A stretch of 64,000 nt of DNA from Leucoraja ocellata (taxonomy: Eukaryota): positions 1,612,001 through 1,676,000 of the forward strand of contig JAWMAR010000430.1 of the NCBI GenBank assembly GCA_036785375.1, given 5' to 3'. Positions 1 through 12,581 of this stretch are shown here, piece by piece (position 1 is the first letter of the stretch; the number at the start of each line of letters is the position of its first letter). The notes beneath the pieces were generated by a model that was not told the origin of the DNA, did not search any database, and saw only the letters and a list, made by a program, of their open reading frames with translations. A program made the position numbers and the translations under genes.

Positions 1-182
1 GTAAACTAACAAATATTGCAGAAAATCCATTAAAGTACATTTTTTTAAATTTTAATTTTGCACGTATCTGTATATAGACATCTAATTATTTCCCATAACT
101 TTATTCAGTAAGCAGATTTCAATCAAATCATCATATGATGCTGCTTAATCTGAATTTTTCAAAACAAATTGTAATTTCCTAT

Positions 183-404
183 GTGTTTAAGAAGGAACTG
201 CAGATGCTGGAAAATCGAAGGTACACAAAAATGCTGGAGAAACTCAGCGGGTGCAGCAGCATCTATGGAGCGAAGGAAATAGGCAACGTTTCGGGCCAAA
301 ACCCTTCTTCTGAAGAGGGGTTTCGGCCCAAAACTTTGCCTATTTCCTTCGCTCCATAGATGCTGCTGCACCCACTGAGTTTCTCCAGCATTTTTGTGTA
401 CCTG
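183..404. mobile_element. Penelope-derived short element, inverted pair (palindrome 219-403) with 12-bp TSD
   Basis: Arms GGTACACAAAAATGCTGGAGAAACTCAG... and ...CTGAGTTTCTCCAGCATTTTTGTGTACC. Direct repeat GTAATTTCCTAT at 171-182 and 405-416. Confidence 0.75.
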
Positions 405-1269
405 GTAATTTCCTATTTCTGATAACAATTTGAATCAATTACTGACCAGTCAATTAATTTGGAAGGAAGAAATTTCATGAATGACAAGTTCTACATAAAG
501 AACTGTGATATAGCCAGAATATGAACTGTTTATAAAATTGAATATTTTTCAACATGTTTTTAAATTATGTTACCAGCAAGATTTTGCCCACGGGTTTAAT
601 AGATAACTGAACTCCCAAATAACTTTGCAGTAGTTATTCAAAAATGGTTTTGAGATTTGACTATAGCACCATTTTCTAATTCTGAATTAGAAAATGATTT
701 GCATCCACACACAAATAATATTTTTGTAAAAAAACGTTATAAATAGTATAGTTTTCCAAAAGTATTGCAATTATTCAATAATTTTGCATATAGAAATGTC
801 AGTTTGTTAACTCATTGTTGAATATTACGAAAGGGGAAAGATTCACGTTTGGTCAGAGATTTGTGAACCGTTGTAACCAACTACTGCTTGTAGAATGTAG
901 AAAGGGTGTGTCAGTCAGGCTTTAATAGATCTAAAGAAGACTGGAACAGATTAAAGATAAAGGTTTCCTGTTGTTAAAATAAAAATTCTCAGTTCCCTTA
1001 AATAATTCACATGCTCTTAATGTTTGATAACAATTAATTACTGAACGTTTATTTAAGGAGTCAGGAAAATTCCATCAGATTTAAGAAAAAGCTTTAAATG
1101 GTTTTCTATGTAAAGGTGAAACATAACTATTCTATCATGTATTAGAATAATGCATCGTGTGTTGACTCCAGAGAGATCTAATGTAATATTAATTATGTTG
1201 TTCATGTACAAATGTTGATTGAAATGCTGAGGTTTTTCATTTATTTTGTTTCTGAATTTTATTTTAAGA

Positions 1270-1630
1270 TATGGGGTGATCTTACAGAGGTGTATAACAT
1301 CATGAGGGACATAGTGTGAATTACACAGTCTTTTCCTCAGAATTTGGGAATGAAGAACTAGAGGCCATAGATTTAAGATGAGAGTGGAAAGATTTAATGG
1401 GAACCCCAAGGGCAACTATGTCATGCAAAAGGTGACACTCATGAATGAGCTGCTAGAGGAAGTGGTTGATGCAGGTACAATAACATTTAAGGGAAATTTA
1501 GAAAGTACATGGATAGGAATGGTTTGGAGGAATATGGGTCAAGTGCATGTAAGTGGGCCTAACATATATGGACATCTTGGTCAGTGTGGACGAGTTGGTT
1601 AAAATATTTCCAGGATGTATGATTCTATAT
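1270..1630 (+). mobile_element. CR1-type LINE 3' fragment, decayed
   Basis: GGGGTGATCTTACAGAGGTGTATAACATCATGAG...AGAACTAGAGGCCATAGATTTAAG, corresponding to the RGDLIEVYKIM...TRGH 3' end. Confidence 0.7.
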
Positions 1631-3669
1631 ATCTACTCTTCTAAGTATCTAATTCCAAACTACCAATTTTTTCACTGCAAATATTTTATATAATTTGCCC
1701 TGGGCTGTGTTTGGATAATTATACAAACCTTTCCCAGGTCTGGTCTTGCTCTGTATACGGCATTCAACTTGGGGTACAGAATATCCAAGCAGGTTGATAT
1801 GGTAGCAAAGGAAAAAACAGGAATGGGTTTAATACTTTCTGATCGTGGTTCTATGAACAGTAAGAAGATTGAATGACTGCCATTAGGAAAGAAAGGAATG
1901 TGTTTCAGACCAGATGCTATCTGGTCTGCTGAGTATTAAAAAGTGTTTCTGTTTTTATTAAAGGTGCATTGAGAGGTTAATATTCTTGAAGTACTTACTG
2001 AGTTGATTAGTAGAAGATCTTAGTATGGTGCAATTAACATTAACTGCACTGTTTAAAAAAAAAAAGTACTACATCCAGCATGTTGGAAGAGCTGAACTGC
2101 CCCAATTAGGACAGAGTTTTGATTTGCAACTGATAGAAGGAAATTTGATCTTGTATCAGGTTTGATGCTCTTTATTGTACTCCATTTATAGAATTTCTTA
2201 CTGAAGTAAGGAGGTTTTAATCTCATCACTAAACTCACAAACGTTTCATTTTCTATGTACACATCAGAATATCAGAAAACATTTATTCCCCCCTCCCCTC
2301 CCTTCACCCCCATTTAGTGAAATGTGACAATTGGATGTACCATCTGGCAGAATAAATTGAATCATGCAAAAGCCACACCATATGTGTGCATCTTAAACAT
2401 GTTCCCTCAAATAACACAAATACCAGCTTATCCAAACACTGTATAAGACAATATTAACTAGTTATTCTGCAACTTGCGTGCACTTCATAGTACTTTGTTA
2501 CAAAAAAGTAGTGTTAGATACTGAAAAATATTGGTCAAAATTGCAACGACTTGGAAGGGAAATGAACATCATACTATTCATCAAGAATTGGAAACATCAG
2601 TTTCATTTCAATGTTTGTGTAATATTTGAAATATTACAATCCACAAATAATCTCCCTTTAAATTAAGCAAATGTAAATGGGTTTGTGTCACAAATAGTGT
2701 GATGAAGTCAGGTTTTATCATTTCAGACCAAAACCAAGTTTATCTTTAAATTGTCAATAACATGAATTGGGAATTATAATAAAGTGGTGCGTTATCATTA
2801 AAATAGTCTGTACATTATTGATTAAAACCTGTTTACCAGGAAAGCAAATAGACCATAAGTTCGCCTGCACTTCATTTGCAAACTTGTCAACAAGGAATCA
2901 AATCTGTACAATTAGAAAATCTGGACTCAAACTGGATGTTCACGAATCCCTTGTAAAATGTGCTGTAAAAGAGAGAATTTGATTCCTTTTAATCACATGT
3001 CCATAGGTTGTTGGTTATAAATAGTGGCACAGAATTCAATACTAGAGAGTCCAAACATTTGTTTCTTTTTCTAGTTTTCAACATTCATCCATTGCATTGA
3101 TAGTGGCTGATCTTCCCAGGATGGCAGTCAATGACCTTGAGAAGAAACAATAGTTGGACAAGGTACTAAATATATATTCTAACCTTATTACATAGTAAAA
3201 TATCTGTGAAAATATATTACAGATTGTGGATGTAATCCACAAGGTCTATTGAGTTTAACATAATGTTATTTATTTTAAAGCAAATTTAATTGCAATTTAA
3301 TTAATTGAAAAAATACAAACTATAAACACTGAAAATCTAAGCTGACAAGATTTAAATTGATCAATTAAATTAAAATATAGAAACCCATTTGGCTCAGTGT
3401 ATCTATACCAGTATTGTGCCTTAACTACAATGGTCTACTTCAGTTTCACTGCTTTTGAATTATACCCATAGAAATATAAACAAGGCAGGCAGAATCTGGA
3501 AGAAAAAAACTAAAGTTACAATTTCAATGAAACTAGGCTAGTTCTTGGGTGTGTGAACGATAGTTAATATGGTCTATAGATTAGCTTCTATCTCATGCTG
3601 GAATCAACAATGAGCTTTGAAATAATAAAACACCTAGCATAGAATAATAGGATCAGATTGAAAGGAAAA

Positions 3670-3900
3670 TTAAGATTGATTACTCAACTGTAATCCTTTG
3701 AGGATGTGGGTGGAAGCATGGATATGGGGGGGGAGGGGCAGTGTATTTGGTATGTTTGGATTTTCGGAAAGCTTTCAACGAGGTCCCACGTTGGAAGATT
3801 ATCCTTAAAATTGGGACACACGGAGTTGGGGTTTGTATAATGACGGATAGAAAGTTGGTTCTTGGACCGAAAGCAATGAGTGAAGGTCCAAGCAATGAGT
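3670..3900 (+). mobile_element. CR1-type LINE RT fragment
   Basis: Translates to ...VCLDFRKAFNEVP...KIGTHGV, a decayed YLDFxKAFDxVPH motif. Confidence 0.6.
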
Positions 3901-3979
3901 GAAGGGCTGATACCTTCGCCTGAATTTTGTGTTCTTATTTTATAAATCTTTATTCCTTGCGGGATATTCCTTGTGTCAA

Positions 3980-4726
3980 GTCGCCTGAAAAACTGGCGAC
4001 TGGAACAGCGATTGTCAGAGTGGAACACACACACTCACATCGCTTTCTTTTCTTCACCAGCCCATTATGCAGGCGGGGGACAGGGCAAGCGGGGGGGGGG
4101 GGGGGGGGGGGGAGCACTGTCTGAGTAAAATTCACACAGTGCAAAGCCAATGTGATTCAGACACACACCGCAATGAACAGGAAGTTTGGGGTTGTAATTA
4201 AGATGGTGAAAGCACAGTGTACGGGAAGGGTCACGCAAGTCCTTTAAAAGAGGGGAGGGGGGGGAGGGAGAAGAGAGGAGGGAGAAGGAGTGGAACCAAC
4301 TTTTAAGAAGCCAGAGATACACGGCTCAGAGAAGGTCAGCGGACATTAACATTTGGTTCGTTATCCTTGGTTCTCAAAACTACCACTTACGTTTTTTTCC
4401 CCCAATGCGCCAATGTAATTCACCGGTCAGCACCGGCAACAACCTACGAGAACCTTCGACCTCCTGGCAACCCACTACCACTACACCTACGGCACGTGAA
4501 TTCTCGCTACTCTTCATGGCGGCTTCATTCTGGTCGCCGCTAATTTTTTAACGTTGAAAAATTCGCTGCGACCATAATGAGGCCGCAACTTGTTCCCATA
4601 ATGCGTGAACTTCTCATGACCATGAAGGCGACTCCCCAGCAACCACCCACGAACATGTGGCGACCATGTGGTGACCGCATAGTCTCTTGCAGTCGCCTAA
4701 AAAGTCAACTAAGTGGGACAGACCCA
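3980..4726. mobile_element. Non-autonomous PIF/Harbinger-type DNA element, left end degraded
   Basis: Right TIR AAGTGGGACAGACCCA followed by TAA. The interior (ACACAC, poly-G, CTGTCTGA..AATTCACAC, CACAGTGTAC) resembles the 26457-27192 element. Confidence 0.6.
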
Positions 4727-4911
4727 TAAGTATCACATTCCAGTTACGTATTGAGACCATTTTCAGAGGCTATTAATAACAAATACTAACTCCTATTATA
4801 CATTTGAATTCCAAAACATGTTTTTAGATATATAATCAACATATAATGATATGAACTTACAACTGATTTGTTCCCACAATGTACTTTCTAATAACAAAAT
4901 TATGTTGCCTG

Positions 4912-5035
4912 TTTAAGAAAAAAACTGCAGATGCTGGATGAATTGAAGGTGGACAAAAATGCTGGAGAAACTCAGCGGGTGAGGCAGCATCAATGGAGCG
5001 AAGGAATAGGTGAAGTTGCCTCTTCAGACCTCTTC
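4912..5035 (-). mobile_element. Penelope-derived short element
   Basis: Same AACTGCAGATGCTGG...AATGCTGGAGAAACTCAGCGGG family. Flanked by AAATTATGTTG(C/T)CTG at 4897-4911 and 5036-5050. Confidence 0.65.
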
Positions 5036-5143
5036 AAATTATGTTGTCTGATAACTCTATATATTGAAGCTTTGATTTTACTTTGAACAAAATGTATACC
5101 AAATTATTCTTACCATTACATCCTAGATCCAAAGCAAATGTTT

Positions 5144-5210
5144 CTATTCCTCCACAGGAATGGTTGACTGTTTCTCTTTGTCTCCAGAGGGTATTGCCAG
5201 ATAGTCTGCC
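5144..5210 (-). CDS. SCN3B: SCN3B coding exon 5 (cytoplasmic tail and stop)
   Basis: Acceptor ctttacag. Encodes ADYLAIPSGDKEKQSTIPVEE then TAG (5146-5144), matching human SDYLAIPSENKENSAVPVEE. Confidence 0.92.
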
Positions 5211-5580
5211 CTGTAAAGTTAATTGGATTGGAAATCTATTTGAATATCCAGAATGTCACATAATTTCATTGTGATTGCCTTGGACCTGGTCTACTAAATA
5301 CAAGCAAAACCATTTTCTGTTTTTATCCAGTAAGCATGAAATACCCAATGTTACCATTTTATTTGATGCAATTTCAAAAGAGCCAAGAATAATTAAAGTA
5401 GACATAAAAAAAAAATGAACAATGATATTGCACAAAATATAGTAAGGTCTAAATAAGAATGTAAACATAACTATACATTTAATTACTTTAAGCATCCAAG
5501 ACATAGAAATTCAAGCACAGCCAAAGAAATGCTGGAATCTATTCCCTGTGATTGATTGGTTGGTCCTGTGTCATTGGGAA

Positions 5581-5675
5581 TAGACACAAAATGCTGGGGT
5601 AAGCCAGTGGCACAGGCAGCATCTCTGGAGAGAAGGAATGGGTGAGGTTTAGGGTTGAGACACTTCTTCAGACTC
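5581..5675 (-). mobile_element. Penelope-derived short element with degenerate hammerhead motif
   Basis: AGACACAAAATGCTGG...GTTTAGGGTTGAGACACTTCTTCAGAC. Confidence 0.6.
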
Positions 5676-6197
5676 TGATATTGGAATGGGCCTAATGTTC
5701 ATGGAACCTGGGAAGAGGCATCTGAGAGTGGGCCAAAGCATTAGCACAGAAGTTGTCATATAATTGTTCAGAGGGAGATCAGGTCAGGGATGCTATCTGT
5801 TGTCAAAAGTCAACTCAATCAACAATGACAGAGGTAGTTTCAAATAGGGTTAAGCCACCTCTCTGAATATATATAGGGATGGACCCAGTTGCTTATTTAC
5901 TTTGCATTTCTGTAGCTATATAAATGTGCCTGCCATTAGAGGCCATCAAGACCCTGATGCTAGAAGCCCCACATTCTACTAGCTTATTCTGAGTCCCCCT
6001 AAACTGCTAAGTTTTATGCAGAATGCTGTTGGTCAAACCACAGAGTCGTGAAACTTGCTCAGCGATTATTTTAGATCCTCAGTATACCATCTACATTTAT
6101 CAGGTGTTTAATGTTCTAAGAATAATATTAAATCCCCTTGACAATGCCTCAGCAAAATCAGGCCCAAAATAAGTACACAATGTTCTGATGGTACTTA

Positions 6198-6398
<201 letters not shown>

Positions 6399-6645
6399 CT
6401 AAATCGAGTTAAACTTTCTTTGGAATCTAATGTTATATTTACATTTTCCCACTTTCTCTATTGGAATCGGAAGCTGTTCGAGATGATGGTTTGAAATTGA
6501 TTAGATCCATTGCAATGGGATATGATTCACAGGCTTCATTGCTAAATATTTAGTCTGAAAGATGTCTGCTGCTGATAGTTTCAGGTTATGATTTGAAGTT
6601 GAAAACAAGTTGGTCCAGTATTTGCAGATGTAATGATGGTGAATC

Positions 6646-6666
6646 CATCATCATCATCATCATCAT
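6646..6666. repeat. (CAT)n microsatellite
   Basis: Seven CAT units. Confidence 0.9.
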
Positions 6667-7694
6667 GACACTAGAACTGACAGACCTTATGGTATCTGGA
6701 TGCGTGCAATGAACCACAAAATCCAAATGCCATTGTTAGTGATCCTCTGTTCCTCCAGAGGGAGCACTGTTGCAGTTTCTGGAAGTGTAATCATAAAATT
6801 AGTAAAATAGTGGCAGCTTTAATTTTCACTTTACAATCTAAATATGCAAGCAATTTGAAGATTGAGCTTTGTTGAATGAGTTAAGTGAAAATTTAATGGT
6901 ATATTATTAACGTAATACTATTAATACTGTAGGAGCCATTTATTCTTAAGTTAGTATATTATAGCCATGTCTAGATATTTCTAGTTTTATCTTTATTGTA
7001 TGCTTGTGGGTGGGATTTGATATGTAGTAGGGCGTAGTAGGGAGGCTGGAGTAACCACAGAGATTGGGATTCAGTTTAGCCTTGAGAGATGGTCGAGACA
7101 ACAGTTTTTTACCACTCTCACACGACTCTATACAACACGACACAGATGAAACAGTTGGAAAGAATGAAAAGTTACAATTTGTATTAGAATAAGAAATGCT
7201 TGATATAAATCATTTATTTGTTTGTACTACTTCAATAAAAGACCAATTAATCAAGAAACAATGACTGGGAGATTTGTTTTTGCTATAGACGAGTGTGTAA
7301 GCTATATACTACATCCCCGAGTAGTAATGGCAATCAAAAGTTGGACATTGGAAAGTTAAGAAATTGCCATTACAAATACCAAACAACTTCTCTGTATTTG
7401 ATTTATTTGTGTGTGCTTCTATTTAGTCCCATGCATACATCTATCTTAATTTTACTTATCAATGTTCACTGAAATACTAATTAAAATGTTCAGTCGTGAG
7501 GTTACAGGAGCCAAATGTAACTTAAAATTGCTGAGGTTCTAATTCCTGCTAAAGGTAACTTTTCCTTTCTCTCATTTCCTGTTGCATGTTTATTATCATT
7601 AAAGATATTTTGTAGATTTTAAAGGCGCATGTTGAAAGCTTCTGCCTTGAAGGAAGAGTCAAACCATCCAATTAAATAAACAATATAAGCAAGT

Positions 7695-8150
7695 AGGGTT
7701 AGCATATGATGAGTGTTTTACAGCACTGGGCCTCTTCATGCTGGAGTTTAGAAGGTTGAGGGTGGACCTCATTGAAACTTACAGAATAATGAAAAGGATA
7801 GATAGAGTGGATGTGGAAAGGATGTTCTCACTGGTGGAACAGCCCAGGACCAGAGGTCATAGCCTCAGAATTAAAGGGCGCTCTTTTAGAAAGGAGGTGA
7901 GGAGGAGCTTCTTTAGTCAGAGGGTAGTTAATCTGTGGAACTCTTTGCCAGGGAGGGCTGTGGAGGCCAAGTCAGTGGATGTTTTTAAGGCAGAGATAGA
8001 CACATTCTTGATTAGAATTGGTGTCAAAGGTTATGGGGAGAAGGCAGGAAAATGGGATTGGGAGGCAGAGATCAGCCATGATTGAATGTCAGAGTGGAAT
8101 TGATGGGCCAAATGGCTGCATTCCACTCCTATAACTTGTGAACTTGTGAT
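7695..8150 (+). mobile_element. CR1-type LINE 3' end
   Basis: ORF 7738..8085 LEFRRLRVDLIETYRIMK...RTRGHSLRIKG...FFSQRVVNLWNSLP, with a short repeated tail (ACTTGTGA). Confidence 0.88.
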
Positions 8151-9146
8151 CATTTATTTTGTCCATACTCCATTGCCACTGAGGTGCCTTTTTGGAGAAA
8201 TGCTGTCAATTTATTTACAGCATTTCCTTTATTAAAATGGTGAAGTATTAATAAATTAAAGGGGTTCTACATCTACATTTCTAAAACTCTTCAGGCGAAC
8301 TGGACGAGTGTGATATACATATATAGGTTAACATAACATTTTAAAATGAAGAATGAGAAAGATAAATTAAAGTTCAAATGGCAATAAATATTTTACTCTT
8401 CATAAGTTTTCAGTATACTGTAGTTAGAAATTGAAGACATTTTAATTAATTCTGCAATAGAATATATTTAAAATATGTTAAACTTAATTTGGTTATAATT
8501 GCTATACATAAATGAAGGATTAAATGTATTATTTTCCCGATTGCATACTTTGGACCCATTATACCCCTGCTATTCTAACTTGATAAACTGCAATTACATA
8601 ATCGTATTTTTAGTTATGACTTCTTTCCCATGTTTTATCTCCTTCCCTTCCTTTAAAGAACCATTTATTGACGTTGCCCTCTTGCGAAAGTGGTGCTTTA
8701 TGAGCTTGGACATAGTGTGTCAGGAGGTTTATTCCTTAGAACTCAGAATGAATCCCTGGATGGAGATCTAAAATATGCTGTTTTATTTTTGTCTTTTATC
8801 CCAGGGGAGATCAGCAGCCAGCTGCTACCTGAACTGCAATTACCCAATCCAGACAGGCTACAAATTGCTAGGTATGTCTTTAAGACTTAATGTTAACCTG
8901 TGTGTGAAAACCAAAGTTAAAATTAATATTTAACAATGATGTTTCACAATTCAAATTGTAGCATTATGTGTTCATTAGTTCTACTCAAGCTTTTGAATCA
9001 TTATAGGTTTGTGGAGTATTCGACAAAACCTTTATCCATGAGAAGTGTTCAAAATGTTGGTGCCTTTCACAGGTTAAACAATATTAACCTTCAGTGTTGT
9101 GAACTAAATTCTGCAATTCTCAGCACACAGAACTTAATCTCCTCAC

Positions 9147-9372
9147 CGTCTTCATGTACTGTTAGCTGCACATCTTTCACATCTGTCACAGATGGTCTGT
9201 GTATCTTATAATTAAAATAGCGTTTGATCGTGCACCGGTACAAACCACTGTCGTTAAGGGTAACATTCACTATGGTTATGGACACATCTTGTAGATCTTT
9301 ACTTCCACTCCACAGAATTCTGCCCTGATAAGGTCCTTTTATCCCTCGTGGCTCTTCGTTGAACTCATAAAT
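9147..9372 (-). CDS. SCN3B: SCN3B coding exon 3 (Ig domain C-half)
   Basis: Acceptor tctttgtgacag, donor gtgagg, 226 nt. Encodes IYEFNEEPRGIKGPYQGRILWSGSKDLQDVSITIVNVTLNDSGLYRCTIKRYFNYKIHRPSVTDVKDVQLTVHED. Confidence 0.93.
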
Positions 9373-10724
9373 CTGTCACAAAGACACAGATTTCATCATC
9401 GATGTATTGCTAAAATGCCAACTTTATGTCAATTTCCCCCAATCCCAACCTCTTGCACTGAACACACTGACATGCTGAGGTGCAGGCAAATGTATCTGTT
9501 TGATGCCTTACCCATATATAAAATAAAATGTTGAGTTTTTACAAACTGTTTTTACTCTCAAGGGGGATAAGATAACTCCTGCACTGTCTCCACCAATATG
9601 TTCCTTCAACAGTGGAGTACTATTTTGTAGCAGGCTTTAGAAATGTCCTTTTGTTTTCCTCTCTCTTTCCCTAGCCTTGGGGTACTGAGGGTAATTCTGA
9701 CATGAAAGCTTTCAACCCAATGGGACTAAGCAGTTGATCACAAACCTACCATCAAATGTACCCTCCTTGTATCCAAACAGCTCAAATCTAAACTCAGATA
9801 AACTATTCAACATATAAATGATTAGAAAGCAACTGGAGTGCTTTCACCATGAAATAGTAAAATTATAGCTTATAACTATAACAATATCAAAAGACCAAAT
9901 ATTCCTGAAAATTTAAACGCAGAAAGAAGAACCACTAAACAGAACTAAATCCCCAAATAAAGCAATGAATAAATTAAACCGTTTACAAGTCCAGAAATAA
10001 AGGCTATGGTACAATTATCCATGCTGATCATTGTGTTGCTAATGTACATCCCTTGCCTGAAACAACAGCAATAAGTGGGATCCTAGGCATGGAAATACGA
10101 GGAATGCATAATTTCACTTGAAACTCGATTCCACCTATAACTAAAACTTGGTTTCACCTGGTAGGATGAAAATACTGCCTCCTTAGTTCTACATTGACTC
10201 TCAGTAAATTGATCCATTGTACATGGACACTAAAAATTAATCTGCTAGTGAATATTTCATTCTGATACTGGTTATAAAGTGCCAGCCATACACACCCTGT
10301 TTTGGGCACAAGCGCGACCCTCCAATATACATTCTGCAACATTCACAGAAAAAGGGGAATTACATTGCAGCTGCTAATTAAAAATGTATTCTGCAAACAT
10401 ATTTGCAGTGATTTGAAGATACTCACTACAGTGATGTAGAATTTGTATTAAGCCGCCAAAATGTCAATGAAGCAAATTTTATATTTTATTGAGAAGGGCC
10501 TTAATTATTTTACAATGTGATCATCAGACTAATTACAGAGGGAATCTATTGGATTTAAATATGATATTTACTTCAAATTTTAATAATCACTATCTATTTT
10601 GGGGATCTCTCCCCATTTGATTATACAAACATTTTAAATTTCCAGCATATTGTTTTATAATGGACACATAATGTTCTAATGTTTATTGATCTTATCTTTA
10701 TTCCATTTTCCATTCAGACATTAG

Positions 10725-10850
10725 AAACTTTAGACTTTAGAGACACACAGTGGAAACAGTCCCTTAGGCCCACTGAGTCTACGCCGACCAGCGATCCTCC
10801 CCGTACACTCGCACTATCCTGTATATTAGGGACAATTTACAATTTAGTTT
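10725..10850 (-). mobile_element. HE1/V-SINE 3' fragment
   Basis: (ACTTTAG)n tail followed by GGAAACAGTCCCTTAGGCCCAC...GACCAGCGATCC. Confidence 0.65.
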
Positions 10851-11329
10851 TCTGATTGAAAAGTCAATAACCAGAAATGGTTGCTCTGTTTCCTTTGCCA
10901 TGGTTAGACCTGCTGAATATTTACAGCACTTTCTCTTTTTAATTCAGGTTTAAGGCATCTGCATTTTTTTTGCTTTACGAGGGAAATGTTTTATCTGTGT
11001 GAATAAAGATGAATACTGGAAGAATTCAATGTGTCGAACAATATGTGTGAGGGCAAAAGATATAGGTTGATATTTCAGACCCTGAGCATTAGGACTGAGA
11101 GGGGGCAGGAAAGATTTCCAGCAGATTGCAGTACTTTGAGGGTTTGAATAGAGGCTGGTAGGTGTTAGGTAGAATCAGGTGGGGAGGGGACGATGGGCAG
11201 ATAGAACCAGGGGTGGGGGGAGAACGAAATGGCAGCTGGACAGAGTGGCTTTCCAGCGACAAAAAATATTCATTTCATTAGTTTGGTTCAGTGGACAAAA
11301 AGTATTATTAATAATGTAATACATTAATA

Positions 11330-12020
11330 GAGACACTAAGAACTGCAGATGCTGAAACCACAAAGTGGCATAGATCGCAGGTCAGACAGGACATCTCTGG
11401 AGGACATGGATAGGTGATGTCTCGGGTTGGGACCTTTCTTCAGACTGATTGTAGTAGGGGGAAGATAGCTTGAAAAGGAATGGGATGAGACAAAGCCTGG
11501 TAAGTGATAGGTGGATATAGATGAGGGGTGTTGATTGGTCAATGGTGGACAAAGGCTAAAGATAAAAAGGAGACATGAGGATGTCAGATAAAAAGAACAA
11601 GAGGAATGAAATGTAAAGCCAAAGGGAGTGATATGGATGGAAGGGAACAGGAAGCAAGGGGAGAAAGGGGGCAGATAGTGGAAGAAATGAGTGGGGTTTG
11701 GGGGGACTGCCCAATGCTCGCCCCTCTCCTCCAACCCACCCCCACCCCATTCCACCCATATCCCTCCTTCTAGCTTTACATTTCACTCCTCTCCTAATCT
11801 GACACCCTTTTGTGCACTTTCCATCCTTGGTTTATGGCCACCCAACTGGCAATCAACCAGTCCCTCACCTCTATCCACCTATTACTAGTTGGGTTTTGTC
11901 CCACTCCCACCTCTTTTTCAGTTTTCTGCAATCAGTCTGAAGAAAGGTCCTGGATCAAAACATTGCCTGTCCTCCAGAGACGCTGTCTGACCCACCGAGT
12001 TACTCCAGGACATTGTGTTT
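11330..12020. mobile_element. Inverted pair of longer Penelope-derived terminal repeats
   Basis: A purine-rich arm (11330-11705) is mirrored by a pyrimidine-rich arm (11706-12020). Each arm has a degenerate CTGAAGAAAGGTC... hammerhead-like box. Confidence 0.65.
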
Positions 12021-12420
12021 TACTTAATAAAATAATAACGTGATACAAAAATGATAGATTCTAGTTATTTTTATGGGTATTTAAGGATTGCAGTCTTCAA
12101 ACAACATAATCAATGCATAACTATTTATTTCAACAGTGTATGATTTCAGTTTATAAATAAGGATGTTTGACTTCAATATGCCAAGAACTGCTTAGTTGAT
12201 ATGGACCGTGGTAATATTGTGTAAACCCCTAAATTTATTAACAGAAACTTGTTAATGACCAACAAAAGGGCCACACCTATCTACGTTTTTTGTCTGTTTA
12301 ATTTGCCCTTTGTATAATGTCTACCTGTAAATGTCAACCTGATATTCAACAGAGATCTATTTTTACATTGTGAATAAACTATTCAACTTCTTTATTTTAT
12401 ATTTTTAAGTAGACACGTAC

Positions 12421-12581
12421 TGATATCTCTTGATCATTATTGACATAGGTCCATGCAACCAAGGTGTCTGTATTCACTTCTTCCCTCCTCACACAGGAAA
12501 TGCAAGTAAGCTTCATATTGGTTCCATGTAGGGCTTCAGTGTCTGAAGGAACTTCAACGCAGACTAACTGGCAACACCGTA
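12421..12581 (-). CDS. SCN3B: SCN3B coding exon 2 (Ig domain N-half)
   Basis: Acceptor cttccacag, donor gtacgt. Encodes VRCCQLVCVEVPSDTEALHGTNMKLTCISCVRREEVNTDTLVAWTYVNNDQEIS (inside ORF 12397..12639). Confidence 0.93.

Noticed and set aside
135-428. Overlapping ORFs 135..359 and 159..428, and similar ORFs at 43822-44164 and 60611-60835
   Set aside because: They are translations of the palindromic Penelope-derived repeat, not genes.
4071-4092. Long poly-G/poly-C runs (also near 23167, 26729 and 41277) as G-quadruplex elements
   Set aside because: Mostly inside transposon copies, homopolymer lengths are unreliable, and there is no evidence of function.
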